A stretch of DNA of 64,000 nt from the human T2T-CHM13v2.0 reference genome, Homo sapiens (GCF_009914755.1 NC_060930.1), one strand, 5' to 3'; positions 1 through 12,846 are shown, counted from the first letter of the stretch. Notes: generated from the letters alone by a model not told the origin. A program made the numbers and translations.

Positions 1-2444
1 CCACAGAGGGCTTAGCATATTTTTGGCACTCATTAAATGTTAACATCAACAAGAGGATCATGAAGAATGATTACACAAGAGGGAAGTAAACAGAAAGGCA
101 AGAGTTGGCAAGCGTCAAATAGATACACCCACTTCTTCCCCCAAACTCATGATTATAAAAGGTATTTATTTTCTCAGCATCTTTAACACATTCACTTCTG
201 GATACAAGTACAGAGCAGAACAGATTGCAAAACTCGTTTTTCTAAAGAATTGATCAGGAATTCAAATCTTTCTTTCACTGCAGCAGCTATTCCAAAAATT
301 ATAAAACTAGGTTTATTCTTTTGAAACTTCCAAGGTTAGCAGTATCCGTGTTGGCAGGAGTGGTACATACAGCTCCAGTTTCCCTTTTTCCCCAATAGTG
401 AAAGGACTCCAGTGTGAAGGAAGCTCTTTGGTGCCAAAGGACTATGGCTCCTAACTCCTGTGTATAGCAAAACCAGGGAAATAGATTTTTTTTAAAAAAG
501 CAAAATCCAGCTACCAAACACCTTGTCTCCATCAACAGTTCTGGCTGGATCAGCTGCTTTTTTATTCTAATTAAGTCTTTCCAAAAAAATTTATATGTCA
601 GCAGAAGTGAGAGAAATAAAGGAAGCATTTTTACTTGGCAACAGTGAAACTCTGTTGGCCAAAAAATATGTGAATGAAGTAAGCTTTTAAGAGCTTACAG
701 GTTCTTTATCAATATGAACCTAATAAATTAAAATTGGAAATACTTTCTGCCATCACCCCAACATCTCATCAATCACCAATGTACTTCATCTGCCTCGCTC
801 CCTTCCCATCTCAGATACAGTAAAGGAAGACAGCTGGCAAGCTATGGAGGTTTAGTTAAAACAGGTCATATTATTAGTAAAGAAACAGGGGTCTTGCTAC
901 AGGAATTCTGAAGCACTAGCGTCAGGTTTACTTTTTAAATGTGCAAAAGGAAGAGGAATGTTTTAAAGAGAGAGAAAAAAACTTTGGAATCTTCAAAGTT
1001 GGCGTTTGTTGGTATCACAGCTAAGTGTTAGCACAACAGTCCCAAAGACATGGAAATGAGAAGAATGAATTAAATATTGTCCTCACATCTTCATCCTTCA
1101 CTTGTAATGGCATATAGCACCACTCAGGTGGAAAACTAGATCTTCTCTGAGGATAAATATCAAAAACCTTTTACTAGGTAAAATTTGCACTACAGTTAAA
1201 TCACAAAACTATTTTTCCCCCAGATACCTCCTTAGTCTACAATGTTATTAATGCATTTGAGTCAAGTGTAAATATAGTATAGACTGAGGCTTTGACTGTC
1301 TTCTTCCTTGTTTTTTAAAAAGGAAAAGAAGAATGAAAGGGTGTTTTCATTTGCATCATTTGGACATTAAGCACTAAAGCCTTCAACTCATGAAACTCAG
1401 AACATTATAAGAAATATTTTGCCCTAATCCTCACTGTTCCCCAGTGCTTTACACTGGCTTTGGAGCACTCTTTGAAGGTCTGTAGGCATTTGATTTATTC
1501 CTTCTTCCTTTTCCTTTTCCTAGATACCCTGTCCATGAAAACTCAGAGCAAGAAAAGAGGATAAAAGTGCTGAAAAATGGCCAGGGACATACTCACTAGA
1601 GGGGATCAGGAATGAGTTGTGTTCAGGCAATAGTAGAAGATCTCAGCAAGAACAATTGTGACACAGGCTATACTTAGTATTGGGGTTCCAAGCTCAGCAG
1701 TGGGGGCATAGCAGGACTGAGAGGAGATCTTCCTTGTGAACACAGAGCTTAGTCATAGGAATGGGCTGTGCAGAAGGATTCCCCCTCCTGGGAAAGTAGA
1801 TGGCTTTTAATGAAAAGGGAACTGGATTACTCAGCGCCAGGGAGAGCTTTGCATGGGGTCATCCAGCAGTTGAATTCACATTCTGGTTATCGGTCAAAGA
1901 GCCCCTGGGATGAATTTGGGATCCTGTTGGTCAGCACCTGGCCCTTCAGATCCCAGGTTTGGGAATGTTGTGTAATCCTAAGCCCTACTAAATTTGGCAC
2001 CTGGGCTGTTTAAATGTCTTACATGTGGTTCATCCATGCCTGGAGAAAGATCAAATCTTAAGAAAAGAAGAGCCATGGCAGGGCCATTTGGAATATAGGC
2101 TGGTAGAGGCCTAGAAAGGAGTTGGGGGCTGACACCAGCTTCCTTCCAGGAATTTATCAGGAACATCATTTTTCATGCTTAGGTAGCAAGTTTTCCTATT
2201 GCTTTTACTTATAAATCCATTTGCCTAAAGTCTTATCTAAAGGGATGGATTTATTATCTAAGATCTAATTACTTGTCCTTTGTATTCAAGTAAGTATTTT
2301 CTGTCATGTCATTTTATTTGTATATTAATTAAATGACACAGATAACTCAAAATAGAAGTCATACCCTATCTCTAAAGAAGATACATAATTTAATTTATTT
2401 TCTGTAAGAGAAAAAGAAATCTACAGAGTCAAGTGGGCTACAGG

Positions 2445-2750
2445 GTAACTTTCATTTGCACCTCCAAATCCACACTCTAACATGCTCTCTGCCCCAGGAG
2501 GCTGACCTATAAGAAACAGACAAAGGAATCCACTGACCACCACTTCCAGTTTGGTTCTACAATGGGAGGCACTAAGGGGAGATGAAAGAGCGGAGGGATG
2601 TGAGGTGGGGATTGCCAGGGCTTGGCCTTGTGCTTCTGCCAGAATCCCTACAATCTTTCAGATTGTTTTTTCCATATGGCTCTTGCTCCAAGTTCCTCTC
2701 TTTGTCCCTTCAGGCCTAGACATGGTAACAGAAACCCTTTTGCCTTCCTA
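2445..2750 (-). mobile_element. Old ERVL-class LTR fragment (LTR16/LTR33-like)
   Basis: Motifs cctccaaatccacactc...tgccccaggaggctgacct...caatgggaggcac resemble recalled LTR16/LTR33 consensus. Confidence 0.45.
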
Positions 2751-2775
2751 AACCCTTCTATCTTTGTAAATTGAT

Positions 2776-3155
2776 CTGTCCCAGATTTGGTTCCGAAGAA
2801 GCAGATTCCAAGATAGAGATTTGTGGGCATGAGGTTTATTAGGGAGTGCTCTCAGGATCCAAACCTGCAGGAAGGAAGGGGAGGGAGAAAAGCAGGGCAG
2901 ACGAAGAGGCTGGGTAAGCCCAAAGTGACTGGGAGCCTGAAGCTGGGATGTACCTTCAGAGGTGGATGCACCTCTCTGTGGGATGCTTCACAGAGGCAAA
3001 GGGTAAGGCCTTTATAGTCCTGTGCTGACAAGTTGTTGGATGCAGGCTGCCCCTGGAAGAGAGCATGAAGTTGGGTAAGGTGACTGTCTTCAGCCTGTGG
3101 GGGACTAGGTCCTTCAGTCCTGATGGGAAATTTGAGATGTGCAGTTTCCATGACA
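2776..3155 (-). mobile_element. ERVL-class LTR (LTR33/LTR16-like), probable 3' LTR of the adjacent internal fragment
   Basis: gaagcagattccaagatagagatttg...gtttattagggagtgctctcaggatc; minus-strand AATAAA; abuts ERVL internal sequence in the same orientation. Confidence 0.55.
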
Positions 3156-4745
3156 GCTCAGCTCTTGTGCTTCATGGATCCACTTCTTTCTGCATGTTAA
3201 GGAGAAGCTCCTCTAGGATCACAGTTGGCTTCTGTTCCTGGGGAATCTTCCTGTTTTACTTTACAGTCTAGATTTCCTGTCTCTTTTTGGTACCTCTGCT
3301 GGTCTACTTGGCTGGTGGAATGACCTAGCTTCTCACTCTTGAGAAGTCCCATCATTATGCCTTTGTTAGGTGGAGACTGTTGCATTTATCCATCTATTAT
3401 TAAAAAATGGGCAAGGGAATTCTAAGGGACACCCAGGCAAGTTATCTGGGGGCCTCTCTGTGGCCTTGTGTCAGCAGTCCCATCTCCTTCTGAAGAATGG
3501 GATTGATTAATGCTCATGGTACGGTGATTCCTCTTTTTGCTTGGTGATCTCTTGGCATGAGGAGCCTGATGCTCCCAAGTGGCAGCCTTAACCTCATGTT
3601 CAATTGAATGCTTGTTGTATTCCCTGATGGAAGCACATCTCCTTTGGGCACCAGGACCTCTAAACCCACAGAGCCTAGGCACAAGTTCCCTAAGGAGTCA
3701 ATTGTATTGATGGTAAGTGAGGCTATTGCTGCTTCCACTCCTTAGCTCCCACATATTTTACCTCTTGGGGACACAGCATCATATAATGATTGTTTGTTTA
3801 GCATGTATATTACACCCAGGAGAATCTGATGATGACATTACCTTGCAAGGATGGGACACCATTCTTCTGGGTGTAATACACATGCTAAATAAACCTCCGA
3901 TGACATTACCTTGCAATGGTGTGGCTCATCCACTATGCCTTCAACAGGCCTTTCCATCACTCTGTTAGTGTGGCAGCTTCTGGATGGTGCATGATCTGAT
4001 GGGACTAGTAGAGCTTGTTCCACTTGGGTCAAGCTGGAGCTTGTCCACTCGTGCACCTCATTTCTAGTAAAGTGGGTCACTTGGTTTGATGGGATGTTAT
4101 GTGAGATGCCATGTTGGTGGATCACTAACTCTCTAAGCCTTTAGATGCTGGTGCCAGCTGAGGCCCTGCAGGCAAGAACAGCAAATCCAACCCAGAAACA
4201 TGAATTAATTCATACTAAAATGAATCAATGACCTTTCCAGGGTAGAAGATATTCAACTTCCCACCACATGGCTGGTTAGTCTCAAGGGCTAATACCATAC
4301 CTGGGCAGGGATAAGGGTCATCCTTGGTTTCTGTTGCTGGAAGGTTGAATATTTTGTCAGCCTTGGTGGCTGGGTCAATGTTGTGGAGTGGGAGTGTGTA
4401 TTGCTGGATCCATGCATAGCCCCCACTCCTGCTACCAGGGCTATGCCATTCATGTACCGTTGTTTGAACATTGACATCTAATGACAGAGGCTGGCCAAAG
4501 TCAACTGGCCACATATTCTCTTGTGTCTACTGGTGATTTAGTGGGATGTTCTATTGTAGTGGATGTTCCCTGGTGATCATTAACATGTAATAGAAGGATC
4601 TCCACACCTCCTTTCTGTTCCATTAATCCATTCACAGCTCTTTCACCCAGACCTGCTTCATCTTGATTTTCCAATCTCTCTTGATCAAATGGTTAAGCAA
4701 TTTTCTTGTTCATGAATCCATACATATTCTCATCTGGTGATGATA
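3156..4745 (-). pseudogene. pol: Decayed ERVL-class (HERV16/ERV3-16A3-like) pol fragment: RNase H end, integrase, dUTPase-like region
   Basis: Minus-strand peptides HEWHSPGSRSGGYAWIQQ (integrase Zn-finger region), IHQHGISHNIPSNQVTHFT (integrase core), GLEVLVPKGDVLPSGNTTSIQLNMRLRLP (ERVL dUTPase-like); many stops and frameshifts. Confidence 0.8.
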
Positions 4746-5402
4746 TTGGGACTAAGAGAGGAAGGGAGGCAATGAGGAAGTAAGAAGAGAGAAAAGTTGA
4801 AATATTGGTTAGTCATTTTACAAGAACACTTGAACAACCAGAAAGCTGTGGCAGGTAAGAATTGCATATTCCCATTTAGTTTCTACTAATGCCTCTGAAG
4901 ACTCTAAAGGCAAAATATTTTGTTTCAAATCTGAAATATTTGGCAGGACAGTAATGCTGATATTTAAGTGACTTCAAACAGGAATTATTTGATACATTTA
5001 TGGATCATCTTTTCTAAAATTTCTAGCAAATTAAAAACTGGAGGATAAGAAACAGCTTTCAGAATGAGGCAAGTAATTCTAAATAAATGTATATGAATTC
5101 AAGAAAAAAATAATGCTTCTCTGTGGCATCTCCAAGATAAATAATAAAATAATGGTTTTTTTTTTTTTTTTTTTGTAAAATACTAAAGCAGAGGAGGAGG
5201 AAGAAGGGGAGGTGCCCTGGGTATGTGCAAAACTTTCACTCATGCTAGGCACATCGAAACCATCCCCCTTCAGCTCACATTTTAGAGGAAATAGGATACA
5301 GGGAATTACCATATTCTTCCCAGGTCCAAACATTTTGAAAAACTTGGCATTTTCTCCACAGTGGTTGCCCTGACGTTTTTAGTCTTTTCCAGTACAAATC
5401 AT

Positions 5403-5486
5403 AGCTTCACCCCATTATAAAGCAAACACTTTATATCTCCATTATATAAAGCTTTAATCCCCATTATAAAACAAAAACTCTATACA
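5403..5486. repeat. Imperfect tandem duplication (~47-bp unit x2)
   Basis: agcttcaccccattataaagcaaacactttatat vs agctttaatccccattataaaacaaaaactctatac. Confidence 0.55.
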
Positions 5487-6355
5487 ACGGAAATAAAACT
5501 TCAATGTCCTTTTGATCATTTATTACTTCACATTTTTAATAACTTTTGGTTGAATACTTCAGAGAATGCTAGGCTCTGAGTATATCTGGATGAGCAACAC
5601 AACGTGTCTGAGTCCAAATATAATAACGTATCATATTTGTAATGACACGAGAAGTAAATGGGCTGATGGAAGCAAATATCAAGGACACTTGTTCCAGTCT
5701 GGTGGGAGTATAAGAATGAGGTCACAGAATTGACATTTAAACTGAGACCTGGAAAGTATTTAGGATAAAGATTAGATAAAACTGTTAGCCATGGTGGATA
5801 AAAGCCAGGGAAGAAATAGTTGCAGAACTCTAACATAGGTTCGGAGAGTCATCAAGAACAGGTAACAAAAGGTATAGAGACTATCCCAAGGCTAATGGGA
5901 AGTTACTGAAGGGCTTCAAGCACTTCTTCTTCCCTCCCTTCCTCTCTGCCTGCTTCTCTCCCTCATTCCCTTCATCCATTCTTTCTTTGTTTTTTTTTTT
6001 TTTTGCCTTTTTTAAAAAAGATGACACTGACTGCCCTATCAAAAATGGAAGAAGAGGGTAGATTCAATAATATTTTTTAAGATGGACTCAATAGATCTTG
6101 GCCACAAGAAATATTGAGTTAAGACGTAAGAATAAAGGATAAAACCCAGGTTTTTCAATCCATCTATGAGAAGATAGTGATCTCACTGACAAATCTGCAG
6201 CAGAGAAGGTAGAGAAGGTTCCCTCTCTGTTCACTTATCACAAATATATATATTTTTTATATGATGGACTAAGATAAGAACTCTTTTGTTTACGTTTGTA
6301 TCCTCAGAACCTAGTCACAGATCTCATTTCAAAAAACTTGAATTGCCTTGGAGCT

Positions 6356-7352
6356 TGTGATGGATAATTTTATGTGTCAATTGACTGGGATTAAAGATGC
6401 CAAGATAGCTGGTAAGACACTATTTTTAAATGTATCTGTGAGGGCTGTTTCAGGGAGAGATTAGCATTTGAATCAGTATGCTGTGTAAAGAAGATCCACC
6501 TTAACCAATGTGGAAGGACATCATTCAATCTGTTCACGGCCCAGATAGAACAATAACAACAAGAAAAAAAAAATGGAGGGTGGGCTAGTTTGCACCCTCT
6601 CTCTCCTTGAGCAGGGAGATACTTGCATTACACCTTAATGATCACTAGAGAATATGCACTTCAAAAGAATATCCCCACTAAATCACCAATAGACACAGAA
6701 GAATAATTTGGCCGGTTGGCATTGACCAGCCTCTGTCATTAGATGCCAGTGTTCAAACAACAGTTCATGAATGGCATAGCCCTGGTAGTAGGAGTGGAGG
6801 CTGTGCATGGATTTAGCAATATTCACTCCCACTACTCAACAGTGACACAGGTACTGGTGCTGACAAATATTCTTTCTAGCAACAGAGGCCAGTGAGGACA
6901 CTCATCCCCACTCAGGTATGGTATTAACCCTTGAGGCCAATCAGCCACATGGTGGAAAGCCGGCTACATTGAATATTTTCTACCCTGGAAAGGTCATTGA
7001 TTCATTTTGGTGGGAAATGATTTGTGTTTCATGATTCATGTTTTACTCTTCTTCTTCTGAGACACGAGTATCTCGTTCTCAGGCCTTTGGATTTAGCCTG
7101 GGGATTACATCATCTGACCCCACCCCTTTAGACTCTGATCAGGACTTACACCATTGACTCCCCTGATTCTCAGGCTTTTAGACTCAAAATGAATTACATC
7201 ACCACATTTCCTGGTTCTTTAGTTTGCAAATGGCAGATCACAGGGCTTCTTGGCCTCTATAATTGCATGAGCCAGTTCCCATGATAAACAAACAAATATA
7301 TATCTCTCCATATATCTTATTGGTTCTGTTTCTCTGAGAACCCTGACTAATA
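6356..7352 (+). mobile_element. MLT2 (HERV-L) solo LTR interrupted by a ~400-bp ERVL pol insert
   Basis: Begins tgtgatggataattttatgtgtcaa, contains gagattagcatttgaatcag, ends tggttctgtttctctgagaaccctgactaata. Confidence 0.85.
6627..7030 (+). repeat. Inverted copy of ERVL integrase segment 4195-4591
   Basis: Aligns end to end with the reverse complement of 4195-4591 (e.g. ccagcctctgtcattagatg, catgaatggcatagccctggtag, ctaccctggaaaggtcattgattcatttt). Confidence 0.9.
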
Positions 7353-7554
7353 AGTCCAATTTTCAAGTGATGGCAGGCAGTAATGGTTTTTCATGCACCA
7401 AATCCATTCAGTTGATAATTTATTTTCCCACGCAATACAAGTTTAGGTTAACCTAAAGGAAAAAAAAAACCAAAAAACCAAAAAAACACAAGAACCAAAT
7501 AAACACTACACTGGATCCACACCAGCCCTATAAAACTAAATGACTTCCTTTAAT

Positions 7555-8880
7555 TTTGATGTGCTCTGGGATTCAGTCCTGGATATTATTCTCCTAATTA
7601 TCTACACTCATATCGATCTGATCCAATTCCATGGCTTTAAATACTATCTACACTTTGACAACTCCTAAATGCATGTATCCAACTCCAATTTCTCTGCTGA
7701 ATCCCGGATTTATATATTCTCCCTAACCAGTATCTCTACATTGATGTTTGGTAGACATCTTAAACTTAGCATATGCAAAACTGAACTATCTTTTCCTGCT
7801 ATTACAGAATACCTGAGACTGGGTTATTTACAATGAACAGAAATGTATTGGCTTACAGGTCTGCAGGCTGGGAAGTCCAAGACTGATGGGTTGGCATCTG
7901 GTGAGGGCTTTCTTGCTGCACCATCCCATTGCAGGAGGAAAAAGGGCAAAAGATGACCCATTCCTGAAAGCCTTTTTATCAAGGCATTAAATCCACCTCT
8001 TAAATATCTCACTTCTTCATACCATTACAATAGCAATTAAATTTCAACATGAATTTTAGAAGGGACATTCAAACCATAGCACCTACTCTATCTAAGTCTG
8101 CTCCATCTCTAGCCATCCACTTTCTTAGGACAAAAATTTCAACATCCCATATTCAGTCACCTCAAAACCTGTTGGCTCTGCCTTCAGAAAATATCCAGAC
8201 TCTATTTCCCGCTACCTCTTGTGCTATCACCCTGGTCTGAGCCACCATCCTATCTCACTTGGATTCCTGAAATTGCTTTCCAATGAGTCTCCTCATTTTC
8301 CTCCTGCACCCTACAGTTCATGCTCAACAGAGCAATTCCTTTTGAAAACAGAAGTCATGTTAGTCACATCACTCATCTGTTTAAAACCCATCAATGATTT
8401 CTAACTCATTCAAAGTAGAAACTTAAGAGGTTCCATATGATCAGATATACAATTGGATACCTCCCTGACTACTTCAAGCCTTTGTTCAAACATGAATTTT
8501 TCAGTGAATCCTTCATTGACAATTCCATTTAAAATTGTCACTCCTCTTCCTCAGACACTTCAGATCAGAGGTCACCACTCCCCAACCCCCACCTTTGTTC
8601 TACAATTTGTTTTTTTTTGTAGCACTTATCCCCCACAAAAACGAACCCTGAGTTAGGGTTCTCAGAGAAACAGAACCAATAGGCTGTATTGAGACAAGAA
8701 CTACATAATTCACTTGCACATTATGTTCATTGTGTATTGTCTTTCTTCTGTCACTAAAATATAAACTCCATGAGAGCAGGGATCTTTGTATGTTTTGTTT
8801 TTTGATATATTGTAAGAACTTCAAACAGTTCCGATAGATAATAGGTGTTCAAAAATGTCTGTTGAATGAAATCATGAATG
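7555..8880 (+). mobile_element. L2 LINE 3' part, interrupted by an MST/MLT1A LTR
   Basis: catggctttaaatactatcta, aaacttagcatatgcaaaactgaact, aaactccatgagagcagggatc, terminal gttgaatgaa. Confidence 0.75.
7796..8081 (-). mobile_element. MaLR LTR (MSTD/MLT1A-like)
   Basis: acagaatacctgagactggg...ggctgggaagtccaaga...catgaatttt...cattcaaaccatagca. Confidence 0.8.
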
Positions 8881-8909
8881 CCTTCTTTATTTTAACGAGG
8901 CCCTGCGGC

Positions 8910-9240
8910 TAGTGGTATACTATAATACTGTTCACAAAAATTCAGTGTCTCCTCACCATCTAAAGAACATAGTCATCACCAAATGACTTTTTTTATCCAA
9001 TAAAATGTAAGTGGGAAGAAATTTGTGTTATATGTGTTCAGAAGCTTTAAGGACCAGCATGCGATTTAGCACACTCTCTTTTCCCTACCCCTGTATTGTG
9101 GAAGCATGTGTGGAGGTGGGTCCTCCACTATCCTGAATTCCTGAGGGCCTGTGATGAGGAGAATCATCTTGCTAAACTATGATGGACATGTAGCTTAATG
9201 ACAAATGAAATTTGATATTATGGTCTATCCTGACTAATAT
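8910..9240 (+). mobile_element. Old MaLR LTR (MLT1J/K-like)
   Basis: gaagctttaaggaccagcatgcgatt...gatggacatgtagc...tatcctgactaata terminus. Confidence 0.55.
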
Positions 9241-10856
9241 AGAATCAAATTCTGAGGTCTTCATCCTCAAGTTAAATATCATCAGGTGGTTGGAACTAAT
9301 TGCATTTTATGAGCATTTATGTTTATCATGCTCTCCAATTAAAGTAGAATATCTGAAAGTCACAATTAGGCCTTTCAGATGCAATGTAGGAAAGAGAAGG
9401 CATTATATGGTTTCATTGTCTCTTGAAACATCAAGATATAGGGAGACTCCATGATGCTAGAGGAACTGCAGTGATGGTTGTCTTCTCAAGGTAGCATGCA
9501 CACAGCAACTAAGGAAAAGGTGAATCGGATGGGAAAGAGGAGAGTCATAGTGTAAGTGAACCTTGCCTAGATGGGGATCCATCTGTCATCGGGTCAATTC
9601 AAGTCTCTTCTCAATGATACTTTTAACCTCTTTGTAGAGCATCATTCACCTGTCCATGTTTCCCACCATAGATATAAAAGAGGGACACTGAGTCTACAAA
9701 AAGACACAAACAGCTAGCGTCTTCATTTCTTTGAAGGCAATGTAGAGGTTCTTAAAGACCAGAAAAAGTTCAACTCAGTAAGCTCAGCCCCAGGGAAACC
9801 ATTTGGATCCGGATGGCCGGAACTCCAGACCAATTGCCTCTAACTGTGGGCAACACTATCTAATTATCCTAATGATTGGTGCAAATGTTTTAATTTTTAA
9901 TGCATGCTATGAGGTGAAAAATTCAGCAATCATGCAATATGATAAGTGGTTGAAAAATATAAATTGCCATGGAAGCCACAGGAGGGTCAACCCATCTATA
10001 CTTCCTGGTCTCATTAAAAAATTAAAGATCCAGATTTCTGTCTGAATCCAGCCATAATGTAACCACAGGTTGCATCTTGGGAATCCACAGCCATAATGCT
10101 TTGGGAATTCTTGTCAAAACCATTGCTTAACTTTTTAACCCAAAATTCTTGATGATAGAATGTGACCAGTATTCTAATAAAAAAGTATTCCAGAAATTTA
10201 ATTCAGTGTTTCTTTTCAGAGAGAAGAAACTGTCCAAGATTCAGAGGAGAGGGCCAGAGTCCAGAAATATTCTTTGAAGCCTATAACATTATCAGCAGCC
10301 ATGCCCTTCCATTTCTGCCCATGGATGTCAGATGGACATTCACTGTGCCATCCAGCTGTTAGGGGAAGGCTGTAATCTTTCTGTTTGTAGCTAAGTAGCT
10401 AAGTTTCCACTTTTTTCCTCTGACCATTCTCATCCTTCCCCTTGCCACTTCTCCAAAGGTCCAGTAAATGCCCAGGGCCAGAGACATCGGAGTCATTGTG
10501 AGGAAGGGGAAAAGGATGCACACCCAAGTTAACTTCTCTGCTCACCTCAAGCTTGGCCTGAGAGATGCAGCTGGCACTGTTCCCTATTAAAGAGAAGCAA
10601 ACCCCCAGTGGGCACAGGTTTCTGTCACACTCTTCTGACCAGGCATCTCTAATTGCTTAGTGTGGGTGAGAATGGGGAATCCCCAGAGCAGTATCCCAAT
10701 AAGGCAGTGTCCCAACCATTCTCACATCATTGATCCAACATTTGTAAAATGTTATTGGATAATTGCAACATTACTAAGCTGCAAAGACTTTGGAGCACAT
10801 GCTTCTGCCTCAAGGTTAAACAACAGGTTTGGGAAGGGTTATAGGTCAATAACCAA

Positions 10857-12122
10857 TATGGTTTGGTTCTGTGTCTTCCCCCAAATCTCACCTCTAATTG
10901 TAATTCCCATGTGTCAAGGGAGGGACTTGGTGGTAGGTGATTGGATCATGGGGCAGTTTACCATGCTATTCTCATGATGGAATTCATAGTTTAATAAGTG
11001 TGAGGCTCTTCCACTTAACTCTTCTCATCACAGCCCCTCCCATCATAGGCCTGGAGGCCAAGGAGGCAAAAATGGTTACGTGGGCTGGGTCCAGGGCCCT
11101 GCTGCTCTGTGCAACCTCTGAACTTGGTGCCCTGTATCCCAGCCTCTCCAGCTCGAAGCATTGCTAACAGGGGCAAACATACAGTTCAAGTTGTTACTTC
11201 AGAGGGTGCAAGCCCCAAACCTTGATGGGTTCTACATGGTGTTGGGTCTGTGGATGTGCAGAAGACAAGAGTTGAACTTTGGGAGTCTCTGCCTAGATTT
11301 CAGAGGATGTATGGAAATGCCTGGATGTCCAGGCAGAATTCTGCTACAGGGGTGAAGCTGCCTAAGGCTATGGGAGCCCACCCCTTGCATCAGTGTGCCC
11401 AAGATGTGAGACGTGGAGTAAAAAGAGATTTTGGAGCTTTAAGATTTAATGAATGTCCCACTGGGTTTTGGACATGCGTAAGGCCTGTGGCCCCTTTGTT
11501 TTGGTCAATTTCTCCCACTTGGAACAGGAACATTTACCCAATGCCTGTACTCCTATTGTATCTTGGAAGTAACTAGCTTGTTTTTTATTTTACAGGCTCA
11601 TAGGCAGAAGGGACTTGCCTTGTCTCAGATGAGACTTTGGACTTGGACTTCTGAGTTAATGCTGGAATGACTTAAACCTTTGGGGGACTGTTGGGAAAGC
11701 ATAATTCGTATTGAAATGTGAAAAGGACATAAGATTTGGGAGAGGCCAGGAGTTGAATAATATGTCTTGGCTCTGTATCCCCACCCAAATCTCATCTCAA
11801 ATTGTAACCCCCATGTGTCAAGAGAGGGAACTGGTGGGCAGGTGATTGCATCATGGGGGCAGTTTCCCCCATGCTCTTGTTGTAATAGAATTATCACACG
11901 ATCTGGTTGTTTGATAAATGTGTGGCTCTTCCCCTTTGCTCTTCTCTGTCTCCTGTCATCTTGTGAAGAGGTGCCTGCTCCCCTGTCACCTTCAGCCATG
12001 ATTGTAAGTTTTCTGAAGCCTCCCCAGCCATGCAGAACTATAAGTCAGTTAAACCTCCTTTCTTTATAAATTACTCAGTCTCAGAGAGCATGTTTATGGC
12101 AGTGTGAAGACAGGCTAATGCA
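10857..12122 (+). mobile_element. MSTA/THE1-type MaLR element: partial 5' LTR, deleted internal region, complete 3' LTR (~11759-12122)
   Basis: tatggtttgg...cccaaatctc LTR starts; internal sequence similar to the THE1 internal at 50270-51240. Confidence 0.85.
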
Positions 12123-12619
12123 ATGACTCACCTATAATCCATGTAAGAAATTGAGCAAAGGGTACACCTGTATTTTAAGGGTAATATATGGTGGTTCCCA
12201 GGGGCTGTGAGCATGGAGAAATAAGTGACTTCCCTAAAACAAGGTAGAATTGGGGTGGGTCATCTTAGGACACACCATTTTTTTTCACCACAATCCTGGT
12301 TATGAAGTAATGTAACAACCTCAAATTAACTGGCACGTTCAATATCCCAATGGGGTTATTTTCTATAAGCCTCACTTCCAGCATCTGAAAACATACATTG
12401 TCTGGGGCATAGGGAAGGGCAGCAACATGTTTGCCTCTTGCTAGAGCCAGGGCTCACTGAGCATGGAGCATGGCCACACATCTCTGGACTCTAACCCCAG
12501 AGCTTATGCTAGATATATAAGCACACTGCTCAGGGAAACAAAAAAAGTGAAACGTAAGCTTTGTGTCTAAATCTGCCTGGGATTTAGACTATAAAGTAAT
12601 CACTTCTAGAGCTACTTTT

Positions 12620-12846
12620 TTTGTTTTGTTTTTTGTTTTGTTATATTTTTTTGAGACATTTTTCTGTCATTAAGGCTGAAGTGTAGTGGTGCGATCTTGA
12701 CATTGCAACCTCTGTCTCCCAAACTTAAGTGATTCTCGGGCCTCAGCCTCCTGAGAAGCTGGGATTACTGGCATGTACCACCACACCAGCTAATTTTTGT
12801 ATTTTTAGTAGAAATGGGGTTTTGCCATGTTGGCCAGGCTGCTCTC
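12620..12846 (-). mobile_element. Alu (old, AluJ/S-like), 3' portion; split by provirus
   Basis: T-rich tail, gcctcagcctcctgag, tttttgtatttttagtaga; TSD tagagctactttt at 12607-12619 and 19678-19690. Confidence 0.9.

Noticed and set aside
299-628. 109-aa minus-strand ORF with a hydrophobic N-terminus
   Set aside because: No recognisable domain or supported splice structure; length is compatible with chance.
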